From the NCBI RefSeq assembly GCF_964355755.1, contig NC_092678.1:21097365-21161364 (forward strand): DNA of 64,000 nt, given 5' to 3'. Origin of the DNA: Antedon mediterranea (lineage: Eukaryota; Animalia; Echinodermata). Below, in pieces: positions 41,756 to 54,081 of this stretch. Position 1 is the first letter of the stretch. Each line of letters starts with the position of its first letter. A program made the position numbers and the translations under genes. Under the pieces are notes generated by a model. It had not been told where the DNA came from. It worked only from the letters and a program-made list of their open reading frames with translations, and did not search any database.

Positions 41756-42379
41756 CCTGGGTATAAAAAATTACATAAGTAGGATCATACTTGGGCATGT
41801 GATTACTCAAGTTATAGTACCGTATACAATTCCGAACAACAAGTAATGTGCAGAATAATGCATTTTTTTGTGTGTGAATTTCTTTCTTATTATGAATGGA
41901 TATTGCATAACACTTAAAGATAACAATAGTCACAAACATATCTTGTTGGAAGTTCTGTTATTTATTTTTTCTCCAGCCATCCCTTTTACTATATTACTTT
42001 ATTTGATGAGGTATTTTAAAACACTTCCACAAGTTGTACTTAAACTTCTAGAGTCCCAATCAAACGAAAACAACATTTTTCTTCTAATTTTGTCTTAATA
42101 GCAGATACTGTAATTTGCCAATAATTGTCTCTTACAAAAATATTTTGTTTATTTGATATGAATACCATTTACTTTTTATTATTTTCTAGGAACTAAGTTT
42201 TATATTTGGCAAATTTTCTTAGAAATTAGTTTTTCATTCATTATTCATTGTTTTCAGATGTTTTTCTCATTTCAATTAACATAGTTTTGTCAATGTATAA
42301 ATCAGACATTTTTAGTGCAAGAATCTGTAAATTAAATTAACCATAAGACCCAATTTTAATGTGATTCTATCTCAATTAA

Positions 42380-43499
42380 AATGGACCTGAAATGGACTTT
42401 CGATTTTCAAGAAATTCACTTCACTGTTATTTAAATGTATCAAATTAACACAAACCCATACAAATAAAAACAAAATGTATAGTATTTTGAGTAAAAACGA
42501 AATTTTAAGATACCATGGTAAATTAGCGAAAATTACTCACGCCATTGCAATATTCTATTTCAACAGCCGTCGGAAGCCTTTATATTCACGACGTCACATA
42601 TACACACACAAGAGAGCGTGTATGCCGCCCGATAGTCAGTGATTGATTGACGGCCTGGAAAGATACCCAAAGCGTTGACACTAATACTAATTTATTCAAT
42701 ATCTAATGTTGTTGAAATATAGGTCCCTAAAATGTACTTCGTTTGTTCTAAAACCCGAATTTAGAAGGCCTACCTCCCAAACCTTTACTAGGCTAGGCCA
42801 GCGCGCGGAGTCGATCCACCACTCACATCATGCGGCGAGGCTCCGTTTCATGTGCATCCAAGGACCAAAGCGATATCAACAACTTGCTGCGCTCATTGTC
42901 AAGACAAAGTAAAATATGAATAAAATTCGTTTTCGAACTGCCTGATTCGTGACAAATAAATTATCATCTCATATTACTAATTTAATTCTGTTAAACTAAA
43001 AACTAAAGAAACTAACACATTTTAGCAGTATAAATTACGAACGATATATACAAAATACACGAACGGAAAATATGGATACGCATCATTGCGCACGGAGCTG
43101 TATCCCGGACAACGTTGCCAGGCCAACTTCGGTATTGCCAGAAAAAAAACGTTGATTTTAAGATTTTAAATCGTCATTTACTCGCTGAATAACCGTTTAT
43201 ACGGTAATAATTTTATCTAAAAAAATTCTAAATACGTTTCTGCAAATGCACAAGCATTTTTTAGAAAATACTCCATAGATTTCAAGAGTTATAGCCAAAA
43301 AACTGCAAATTGTCCATTGGAGGGATAGGAATATATTCGCAAAGTGACATCACCCGCGAATTTTTTTGATTTTCAAATGGGGCTTTCCCCAAAAGGGCCA
43401 ATTTATATTTTGTAACAATATACATTCTAGCAACACCTAATAGCCCCCAAAACATCATTCTAAAATGAAAAAAAATCGAAAATCCATTTCAGGTCCATT
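42380..43499. mobile_element. Kolobok-like non-autonomous DNA transposon, about 1.1 kb
   Basis: 28-bp TIR AATGGACCTGAAATGGA(C/T)TTTCGATTTT with 1 mismatch. TTAA on both sides. Purine-purine termini rather than the CC termini of piggyBac. Confidence 0.8.
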
Positions 43500-44045
43500 T
43501 TAAGTAATGACAAAGAGTTGTCAAATGTTTTTCTTTAAAAGAGTTCGAGGAACCAGAACCTGGTGGCTTGAAATTGTAGGATTATGGTTAATGTGAAAAA
43601 AACTTTTCTACGTATCATTATAAGGAGTGAGATTATCAAAATTACTTACAACTCTTCTTAACAATTTTTTCAATCTTCTATCAACTAAAAGTCGTAGTTA
43701 GTCATGTCTCGGGTCACATTCTATGGTCACCGTACAGATAGGCTACTACATCAGTCTATGAATGGATGACTAGTTGGTGACAATAACGCTAGTTGGTCAT
43801 ACCCAGTACCGTTTTGATTTTACGATCATTCGGGAAACCACCTCACGACGAGATTATTAAAATTACTTAACAAAACAAATTCATTTTTATTTTAAGTTAA
43901 AGATATTATTAAAAACATTTGTTTACATTTTTTTTAATATGCCATATGTTATGTTAATACTTATTAACTTCAAACAAACAATGGATCGGAAAAAAAAATT
44001 ATTTACCTGAATATTTGTAATTTAAAACTTTAAAGTTGTCTGTAA

Positions 44046-44225
44046 AGCTTGGTTCCCACTAGCGACGGAACACAAGGACGTAACGCAACGCAAGTGAATT
44101 GACCAATCACAAGCGATGGCTTATTCGCTTGTGTTGTGATTGCTGTCTATAACTTTGGTTGTCATTGGTTAAAACGCTTGCGTTGCATTTCTGTCCTTGC
44201 GTTACGTTCTAGTGGGAACCAAGCT
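44046..44225. mobile_element. MITE with AGCTTGGTTCCCACTAG TIRs (Harbinger-like)
   Basis: 17-bp perfect TIR, TAA/TTA flanks, internal ACCAATCACAAGCGA motif. Confidence 0.8.
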
Positions 44226-44919
44226 TTAGGCAGTGAGTTTTTGGTTAAATTTTAATTATTTTGTCTTTTTCCAAGTGAAAACAATATTTTTGTTCTTATT
44301 TCTCTACGGAAGTGAATAACTTGATTAAAACTACAAAATGGCCTATTAAAGTCTGATTTTATTCATCCTTCTGTTTCATCTTTAAGTCAGTTTTAAATAA
44401 ATTAAGCACTTTTTTTTTAATCTGAAATTATCAAGTCCTTTCCATAAGATTGGTTTAGTTGAAATTGTACATTTTCAAAATACAGCTTGTACAAATACAT
44501 GTCCTTTCAAATTTATTTTTTTATCAAATAAATTGTTTTATCTCTCCACTGTATTTTTTTTATTTTGAAAGAAAAAGATATCAGTATATTAAATTATTTT
44601 GACTGGTTATTATTTGATTGTGTCAATTTTCGCATGATACCTGGCCTCCGCAATAACAAAATGACTCAGAATTCAGAATGTTGCTGTCAGGTCATCGACT
44701 TCATCTACCTGTTAGAGCATTACCTGTCCTTCCTGTCTGGCTGTCCAATATAGATATTGAAACAAGCCTAAAATGGAAACAAACACAATATTAAATTCAA
44801 AGCTTCAGGGGAAAAGCTAAATTTTTATTTTGTAGATACAGATATTCTTGGTAATTAGTCGATATTTAAATTAAATATATATATGCCCCTCTGGTATTCA
44901 TGTCCTTGTATAGGATTCC

Positions 44920-45115
44920 TTTATCCAAATCACATAGTATACCCTTATATAGGAATCGCATGACCTTATATGGGGATCGTATATCCTTATTTAGTTATCG
45001 CATATCCTTATTTAGTTATCGCATATCCTTATTTAGTAGTATCATATCCTTATTTAGTAGTATCATATCCTTATTTAGTAGTATCATATCCTTATTTAGT
45101 AGTATCATATGCCCA
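44920..45115. repeat. 21-bp minisatellite
   Basis: ATCCTTATATAGGAATCGCAT grades into ATCCTTATTTAGTAGTATCAT. Confidence 0.85.
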
Positions 45116-45594
45116 TATATAGTTTTCCTAAGTAATCTTATGGCAGTGAACACACATTCTAATATAAACATTAATAAGTTTACATAAACAAATATTTAAA
45201 ATAACAAATTTATCTGATATTTTTGTAATCACAAAACATTGTTTTATTTATTTTTTTCAACGTTGATATTGCAAAAGTGTTTCTTGTAATGTGAAGGTTT
45301 TACTATGCATAAAAACGCAAATGCATTCTGTTTGTAGTAGTTATAAAATTGGATACAAATTATAAATGCAAATGTTAAATTTTCAGTTTACAAATGTGTT
45401 TTGAATATTTTCACGTACTTTCATTACAAAAAATGTACACACTAACTAGATTTAAAATGATCAGTAGTTTTACTGGTTAATTTTTACAAGATTTTCTACA
45501 CAATTGTTTGCATGTCCTTTTAACTAAAGGATTTATCTCAAATGAAATAACATGTGAATTGAATTATATATTTATATTTTTACCGCTTTTTTAG

Positions 45595-45677
45595 TCACGT
45601 TACAGAGTCGACACAATGGTTGGATCCAAGGCTGGAAATGAAACGAAAGAAAGATCTTCTTGAATGCCAAGATGATG
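45595..45677 (+). CDS. MAGI: MAGI exon, second half of WW1 (NHVTESTQWLDPRLEMKRKKDLLECQDD)
   Basis: ttttag acceptor and GTAAAC donor, 83 nt, phase 2 to 1. TQWLDPR motif. Confidence 0.93.
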
Positions 45678-46120
45678 GTAAACACTTTTTTTAGTAAACA
45701 AATTTATAATAACGTCTGTCTGTCTGATAATAAATTTATTTTTCTTTAATCTATTTATTTCTAATTTAATTTTCCATCTTAATATCCTCAAATTAATAAA
45801 GATACAACTTAAGGATCCTTAATAGAAGAGTTTGCCTTTGTTAAAACCTACATTTCCATTTTACAAAAATGTATCTCCTGAACAGGATGGGTTGTACTGT
45901 AACAACCTGAATGTGCTGCAAACCAACAGCTTGAAATCCTATCCAACGGGCATCATTTAGAGAAAAAGCAAGATAGATCTTTCTCACACATAAGTTTAGT
46001 GCTCACTTTTTCAGTGCATCTAAAATTTTTTTAATAATCATTTGCAAGATACAATTTTGTGAGAAAGATGAATTAAATCGAAATGATACAGATTCAAGTT
46101 TCTTTTGTATTTTATTGCAG

Positions 46121-46178
46121 AATTACCGTATGGATGGGAAAAAATAGATGATCCTCAGTTTGGTTGCTATTACATAGA
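46121..46178 (+). CDS. MAGI: MAGI exon, first half of WW2 ([19 protein letters not shown])
   Basis: ttgcag acceptor and GTAAGT donor, 58 nt, phase 1 to 2. [12 protein letters not shown] is a MAGI WW2 hallmark. Confidence 0.95.
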
Positions 46179-46204
46179 GTAAGTTATTGTCCAATAAAAA
46201 CATT

Positions 46205-46465
46205 TAACCTTTATATAGAAATAGGAATTGTGTATCCTTATATAGGAATCATGTATCCTTATATAGGAATCATGTATCCTTATTTTGGAATCATGTATCC
46301 TTATATAGGAATCCTAGCTGTATCTTTATATAGGAATCCTGTATCTTTATATAGGAATCGCATATACCAATATAGGAATCATTCATCTTTATATAGGAAT
46401 CATATATCCTTATATAAGAATCATTCATCCTTATAAGGAAACACATATCCTTATTTAGTTATCAT
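46205..46465. repeat. 21-bp minisatellite related to 44920-45115
   Basis: TATCCTTATATAGGAATCATG units. Confidence 0.85.
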
Positions 46466-47128
46466 GCCCTGATTATTAAACACTTTTTGAGATTTTAATT
46501 TATTCTTCCTTAATTTCAAAGTCTTTATATTTTCGTAAAAATAACACCTGGATTACATGTTGCACGGCCTTATTTTTAGCAATTAATATAAAGGCATGCG
46601 AAAATAAATGGCTTCAAGATATTACCAAACATTGTGAATCATTGAAATTTAAATCAAATTATCGCAAAATGATCGAGAATTAACGATGACTACAATTAAT
46701 TTAATTAAACCAAAATGTGCTTGAATAAGATTCCCATAGCATTAGTAAAAATAGCCAATTATTTATAAGTGGATTATGAGAATAGGCTCATGACAAAGCA
46801 CTTTGCTCTTATTTCATATGTTTTATATTTTCTTCTTCCAAAACAAACACAAACATTGAATTATAGAGGGGGTAATTTTACCAATATGAAAAACCGAAAC
46901 GTCAATTATATCAGGGATCATAGAGAATTATAAGGTGTCAAAAACAAAAGGGTGAGGCGGAATACAGTATATTTTTAGGTATAGATTTCTCGATTGGGTG
47001 CAGGGTTAGGGTTAGGAAATTAGGCTAGGTAGAAATTCAGGTATGAAACTTTTTGTTGTTTTTTTTTAGCCAATATTGAAAAGTGCACTGAAATTACTCA
47101 TTTTTTATGATTCTCTTTTCTTCAATAG

Positions 47129-47355
47129 TCACGTTAACAGAAGAACTCAATATGAAAATCCTGTAGTACAAGCTAAGAAAGAACAAGGCAAATCGTCAAC
47201 GTTACCGAGAACTAACAAGAAGGGCAAGACACCGCCCCCTCCCCCACCCCGAACAGTTAGCGAGGGTAACATATCTTCAAAAGCCACCTCTGCAAAACAG
47301 GCCAACGGACCAGTGGAGACTGAATCGGCGTTTACCCCTACTATGTCCCCTACAG
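47129..47355 (+). CDS. MAGI: MAGI exon, WW2 end and Pro-rich linker (DHVNRRTQYENPV...TPPPPPPR...TMSPT)
   Basis: caatag acceptor and CAG|GTAGTG donor, 227 nt, phase 2 to 1. HVNRRTQYENPV motif. Confidence 0.9.
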
Positions 47356-47732
47356 GTAGTGGAGTGTATTTTTTTACTCTTTTACTCAATATAGTAAAGT
47401 ACACTGTCAAAATGGCCCTACTGCAGCAGTTACTGCAGTAACTACAGTTTTCTTTTATATCAGATGTTTTGCCCTACTCTGACATAAATTGTGATTCATA
47501 CTAAATACAAAAAAATCTTAAATTTAATTTTCGGGTGCAACTTGAGCCCACAAACTTCATTGTACTAGGTAGCACCTGGTGTTCATACCTAGACCACCAA
47601 GCTTACCATGATAGCTAGGGTTTAATTCAAGACCAAGGAAGCAGCGTATACTGCACCAACAGGATAATAAAATGAAAAGTGATATTTATGCTCATAGCAT
47701 AGAAATGAACTATGGAAATGTGTTATGAAGCT

Positions 47733-48715
47733 AGCCTAGAAAGTTTAGAAGTTTGAGTCCAGAAGGTCTAGGAGTTTGCGCCTAGAAAGGATAACGGCTT
47801 GAACCTTTAGAATCTAGGAGTTTGAGCCTAGAAAGGATAACGGCTTGAACCTAGAAAGTCTAGGAGTTTGAGCCTAGAAAAGATAAATGTTTGAGCCTAG
47901 AAAGTCTAGGAGTTTGAGCCTAGAAGGAATATAGGCTTTAGCCTGGAAAGTCTAGGAGTTTAAAAAAGATAGAGGCTTGAGCCTAGAAGGAATATAGGCT
48001 TTAGCCTGAAAAGTCTAGGAGTTTAGAAAGATAGAGGCTTGAGCCTAGAAAGAATATAGGCTTGAGCCTGGAAAGTCTAGGAGTTTAGAAAGATAGAGGC
48101 TTGAGCCTAGAAAGGATAAAGGCTTGAGCCTGAAAATCTAGGAGTTTAGAAAGATAGAGGCTTGAGCCTAGAAAGGATAAAGGCTTGAGCCTGAAAATCT
48201 AGGAGTTTAGAAAGATAGAGGCTTGAGCCTAGAAAGGATAAAGGCTTGAGCCTGGAAAGTCTAGGAGTTTAGAAAGATGGAGGCTTGAGCCTAGAAAGAA
48301 TATAGGCTTGAGCCTGGAAAGTCTAGGAGTTTAAAAAAGATAGAGGCTTGAGCCTAGAAAGAATATAGGCTTTAGCCTGGAAAGTCTAGGAGTTTAAAAA
48401 AGATAGAGGCTTGAGCCTAGAAAGAATATAGGCTTGAGCCTGGAAAGTCTAGGAGTTTAAAAAAGATAGAGGCTTGAGCCTAGAAAGAATATAGGCTTGA
48501 GCCTGGAAAGTCTAGGAGTTTAGAAAGATAGAGGCTTGAGCCTAGAAAGAATATAGGCTTGAGCCTGGAAAGTCTAGGAGTTTAGAAAGATAGAGGCTTG
48601 AGCCTAGAAAGGATAAAGGCTTGAGCCTGAAAATCTAGGAGTTTAGAAAGATAGAGGCTTGAGCCTAGAAAGGATAAAGGCTTGAGCCTGGAAATCTAGG
48701 AGTTTGAGTCTAGAT
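47733..48715. repeat. compound minisatellite, about 62-bp higher-order unit
   Basis: AGGCTTGAGCCTAGAAAG(A/G)ATA(T/A) alternates with AGGCTTGAGCCTGGAAAGTCTAGGAGTTTAGAAAGATAG. Confidence 0.93.
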
Positions 48716-49570
48716 AGAAAGGATACTGTTACTTGGGAATCGGAAGAAAGATTCTTCACTGACGTCCAATGATTGATTGGTGTGAAAAATAGTTTTGAAT
48801 GATGATATTTTACAAATGGAGCCGAGGAGTCTTATTTTCATTTCCGTGTCGTCAACATAATAGCATTTTGATTAAAGTGATTAAATTGGCTGAGGTATTG
48901 GCTATCATTAACGCTCTCTCAACTAACTTGTAACATATTATTATCGTCAACTTACTCAGTCTGGTGACTTTATCCACACCTTTTGAAAAAAAAGTCTTTG
49001 GTTTTTTTGGACATTTTTATTACATAATTTTAGATTCATAATTTAAATTACACAACAAATAAGATTTCTTGCTTACTTACTAACATTAGTTACATTTTTC
49101 TTTTCTACTTGTTTTTTTACTTCGATTTTCATTAAAGATGTACTGTCTCTAAACCACCGCCTTTGATAAATAAAGATCATTTTAATTTCTTATACAAAAC
49201 TGGATCTAACACTGATAACACTGTATTTTAAGGAAATATTTGTCTTGAAAGGTGAAATATAATTATTTATTTGAAATATTTTTTTTTTTTTTTGAAAAAG
49301 TGAATAACTTTCTTAAAGCTACAAAATGGCTGATTCAACATTTTGTGGGATGATACATTTCTTTCTTTCTTTTATTCAATTTTTCACACAATAATAATAC
49401 AAGTTATGTGAAACACTGATAACAGGTATCATAGTAATAAACAATAAGGTAATCAAACTAATTAAAACAAATATATAGAGATACTTAGTACTTTAAAAAA
49501 ACAAAGATTACATATTATTAGAGGTTTGGATTAGCTTTTACGGATTAACAATAGGAATAGATGTTTTTGA

Positions 49571-49792
<222 letters not shown>

Positions 49793-49885
49793 TAGTAAAT
49801 TAGTTTAATTTGTTAACTTCCTCAGTATTTAAGTGTGTACCACTATAAGTATCAATCATTTAAAAAACTATCCTGCTAGCAGCAG

Positions 49886-50668
49886 CATCATCATCGTCAT
49901 CATCATTACTGCATCATTGTCATCATCATTACTGCATCATCGTCATCATCATCAACATTATCATCATCATCGCCATCGTCATCATCATCATTGTCATCAT
50001 CATTATCACCACCATCATCATCATTATCTCCATCATCATCATCACCGTCGTCATCATCATCATTATCACCGTCGTCATCATCATTCATCATCACCATCAT
50101 TATCACCATCATCAACATCATCGTCATCGTCATCATCATCATCATCAACATTATCATCAACATCATCATCATCATCGTCAACATCATCATCATCATTATC
50201 TCCATCATCACCATCGTCATCATCATCATTATCACCGTCGTCATCATCATTATCATCATCACCATCATTATCACCATCATCAACATCATCATCATCATCA
50301 TCATCAACATCATCATCATCAACATTATCATTATCATCATCACCATCATTATCGTCGTTGTCGCCGTCGTCGTCACCATCGTCATCAACATCATCATCAT
50401 CATCGTCAACATCATCATCATCATTATCACCATCATTATCAACATCAATATCATCATCATCATTATTATCATCACCATCAATATCATCATCATCATTATT
50501 ATCATCACCATCATTATCACCATTATCACAATCGTCGTCGTCGTCGTCGCCGCCGTCATCATCATCGTCAACATCATCATCATCATCGTCAACATCATCA
50601 TCATCATCGTCAACATCAACATTATCATTTCTACCAATACAGTCATTATTATTAATATTGTCATCAAC
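49886..50668. repeat. imperfect (ATC)n microsatellite filling the intron within PDZ1
   Basis: About 780 bp of CAT/CGT/CAC/TAT triplets that generate the spurious poly-S/H/I/D/M ORFs. Confidence 0.95.
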
Positions 50669-50723
50669 TTGAACTGGTCTCAAGTCTGTAAATTTTATTA
50701 TTCATGTCATTGTTTTTTTTTAG

Positions 50724-51223
50724 GTGATGTTCTTGTGTATGTAAATGACACGTTAGTATTAGGTTTCACCCATCATGACGTGGTCAAAATGTTCCAAGCG
50801 GTTCACCCCGGAGAGCCTGTTGATCTAGATGTTTGCCGTGGTTATCCATTGCCGTTTGATCCGGAAGATCCTTATACACATGTAGTACCGAATTCAAAGA
50901 AACCGCAAAATGAAAAAAGCAGACAGGAATTTGACAATGTTTCACACACCAGTATCAGTAGCCAGGATCATCCCGACGATTCACGTTATTCAAAATATAA
51001 CGACGTGCATAAATCATTACCGGATCTTTCGCAAAAACACGCGCCAGAGGAACTGAACAAACGTGCGAAGACCCCCACGCCGGGCAAGCAGGGTTACATT
51101 GATCCGCAGGTGTCTCCCGAGCATCGAGCTAGTTTAGAAAAACGTGATTTCATAGACATTGGCGTCACGAAAGGAAACATGGGATTCGGTTTCACGATAG
51201 CAGACAGTCCATATGGCCAAAAG
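50724..51223 (+). CDS. MAGI: MAGI exon, PDZ1 C-half, linker and PDZ2 start (GDVLVYVN...CRGYPLPFDPEDP...KGNMGFGFTIADSPYGQK)
   Basis: ttttag acceptor and AAG|GTCGGT donor, 500 nt, phase 1 to 0. CRGYPLPFDPEDP and GFGFTIADSP are MAGI motifs. Confidence 0.95.
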
Positions 51224-51692
51224 GTCGGTATTGATTGAAGAATTGAATTATAAGATTAAATAGAAACTTTAATGAAAGTGAAAAATGATATAATTCAAAA
51301 CTATCAAATAAAGAAGAATAGCAATTCAAAGAAATAAATATTCCTAGAATTACACTTTATATTACAATTCTAAATTAAATATGTTGAAAGAATTTTAAAT
51401 TGCCAATATGAAACTGAGATTATTAAGTATACCAGTATCAATCGGTTTTGAAAAGACGTAATCTTTATATTTGTTGCTAACATAGCGTAAGGGGACCATT
51501 TCAAAATTATTCTACTATGTTACTTTTTGTATATAAATCCTTAAAATTTCCCCAAAATGTGTCAAAATTATTTATTTTTAGCTCTCATAGACTATAAAGT
51601 CAAGTACTACATCCATAAATATCTTTAACTCTTCAATTAACTATAAATACGTTATGTTATCTTCAAATTCTTGCTTGTTTGCTTTGTATCAG

Positions 51693-51858
51693 GTGAAACA
51701 GATCCTCGACAGCGAGCGTTGTAAAACTTTACGTGAAGGCGACATTCTTATGGAGATCAATGATGAGTATATTCGAGACCGACCACATACGTACGTTGTT
51801 AATCTTCTGAAGAACTGTCCCAATGGGGTTGAAGCAGCGCTTGTCGTGCAAAGAGGAG
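51693..51858 (+). CDS. MAGI: MAGI exon, PDZ2 C-half (VKQILDSERCKTLREGDILMEIN...LVVQRG)
   Basis: tatcag acceptor and GTGAGT donor, 166 nt, phase 0 to 1. Confidence 0.95.
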
Positions 51859-51984
51859 GTGAGTTTCTTTATTTTTATTATCAATGTATGTACAGTAGTT
51901 TAGATTGACTTTTTGTGGTGTAATGTTGAGACTTTTGATTTTGTGAATCTCCGAACCTTTGTATATTCTATAAGAGTCATTATC

Positions 51985-52330
51985 AAACTTCTCAAAAGAG
52001 GGCAGTACAAAGAATGATATACTACTGCCCTCTTGTGCCATGTATTTGATATTCCAAAGTTTTCAATTTTGTAAATTAAATCTCTGAGCGTAATAGTCTA
52101 AAAGAAAACAGTGAAAAAAAGTTAATTCTCAAACTTGTCAAAAGAGGGCAGTACAAAGAATGATATACTATAACTGCCCTCTTGTGCCAAGTATTTAATG
52201 TTCCAAAGTTTTCAATTTTGTAAATCTCGGAAGAGAAAACTGTGCAAAAAAGTTCATTCTCAAACTTGCCAAAAGAGGGCAGTACAAAGAATGATATACT
52301 ACTGCCCTCAAATATATTTGATGTATCAAA
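51985..52330. repeat. three tandem copies of a 130-150-bp unit, each with a hairpin
   Basis: GAGGGCAGTA-CAAAGAATGATATAC-TACTGCCCTC at about 51998, 52144 and 52275. Confidence 0.85.
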
Positions 52331-53919
52331 GTTTATTTCTGAATTTGTGACATTTGTTGAGAGAATTTTACAAGGAAATAATGTGATATTTTATGTGACA
52401 TTGACAATGACATTTGTTGAATGTATGTGATGTGTTGGAATGTTGAAATACCCCTTGCTGTGAATTGTCTTTCAGGGTAAATTATTATCAAGTTTGTTAT
52501 TTAGGTATTTATGACCCATGACTTTGTATGACTAAGTTCCTCGGTGGTTTACTTAATTGTCTATCTACAATTGTGTTGTCATTTTTTCTAGTACTTCGGC
52601 ATTCAATACCTATACACATTAATTTTTAATTATTTAAATTTATGCAAAATTTCACAAACATTCTTGTCTACATGGAATTGTACTCTATTCATGCAAAAAT
52701 TTAAATATAAAAGGGAGCCCTCTATGATTTATTAACTCATTCATTCAATATGCATCATTTTGGAATATTGTTATACTAGAACAAAGAAAATTGAAAAAAA
52801 TTCTTATCAAACAGCCAAATCAACCAAATGTCTCCTTTCATGCTACTGTTAATAAACATCATCCATTGTGTTTTAAGTATTTGCAATAAAATACCATCAT
52901 AAGGTCATAGGTCAAAGAATATTGTATCCTTAAAGAATGTTCGATGGAGGTGACATAACAAGTAGCAATAAACTGGGAAAGTTACCAAAAATTTGACCCA
53001 TTTTCAGATATTCTACTTTAGTGGTATGCTTGTGCTAGCCTTCCTGACAATCCCAGTGTCCTAGGTTCAATCCCACCGACAACATTTCTTTATCATTGCC
53101 ACAAAAAAAATTATAACTGTTGGAAAAAAAGCATTTCTTCCAATTCATGTACAGTGTTTTGCTTGTTGCGTGGTTGACAGAAAGGGAGAACAATTTTTAA
53201 GCAATTTTGTATTAATAAGTTTGAGGTCAAGTGATATTTAAGGTCAAGTCATTTAAGGTCAAGATCAACCAATCAACACTAAGATCTTTGTAGAGCAATG
53301 CAAATCTCTTTATAATCCTTCTTTATTGTTGTTTTCTACATTTTGGATGACCTCCGTTGTGGTTTGGTGTTAATTTGTGGTTGACTCTTAATTTCTTCGA
53401 AGTCTAGTTTAAGATTTTATCTCTGAACAAAATCAGAGACTTGAACAATATTTTCATTCAATACTATTTTAAAAAATGTTTCTAATATACAACAATAAAT
53501 AATAGCATTGTTTTGAAAAATTTATGGAATTTTATCAAATTTTAATTGTTGACAAATATTGTAGAACAGCAGAATTTTATCAACACAGGTATTTGCAGAC
53601 TCCAAAAATTGAATGAAGCACAATTATTTTAATTGTATTTAATTCACAACCAACAGAGATAAAACAAAACAAAGAATACAATACACATTATTTAAACAAC
53701 TTTTACTATTATTTATTAAAAAATATGTAATCATAAACATTCAAAGTATTAACATTTAAAATAATTATAAACCTCTCTTGGTATACGTCTACTCGCCCAA
53801 AAGGTACATGAATTAAATTCATACAGCAAGTACAAATGACAAAAATAATATGTACATATAATAAATATAGGTTAAAAAACACTTTAAGTAATTTTATGTT
53901 ATCAATATTAACAGTATAA

Positions 53920-54081
53920 AGCTTAGTCTACACTATCAAACTTTATTTGACAAACAAATGTGATGTGCCCATATATGGACATGATGATGTCATATCGCTA
54001 CCATATTTAGAAATACAACTACCATATTTGAGCACATCACACTTGTTTTGTCATATAAAGTTTGATAGTGTAGACAAAGCT
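53920..54081. mobile_element. AGCTCTGTCTACAC-family MITE, full length
   Basis: Both TIRs present and same interior as 30070-30232. Confidence 0.82.

Noticed and set aside
49833-50683. Long poly-His/Ser/Ile/Asp/Met ORFs
   Set aside because: These are frame artefacts of an (ATC)n microsatellite inside a GT-AG intron.
53018-53082. tRNA-like segment (also 47530-47610 on the minus strand)
   Set aside because: Only A/B-box remnants and no cloverleaf. Probably decayed SINE heads rather than tRNA genes.
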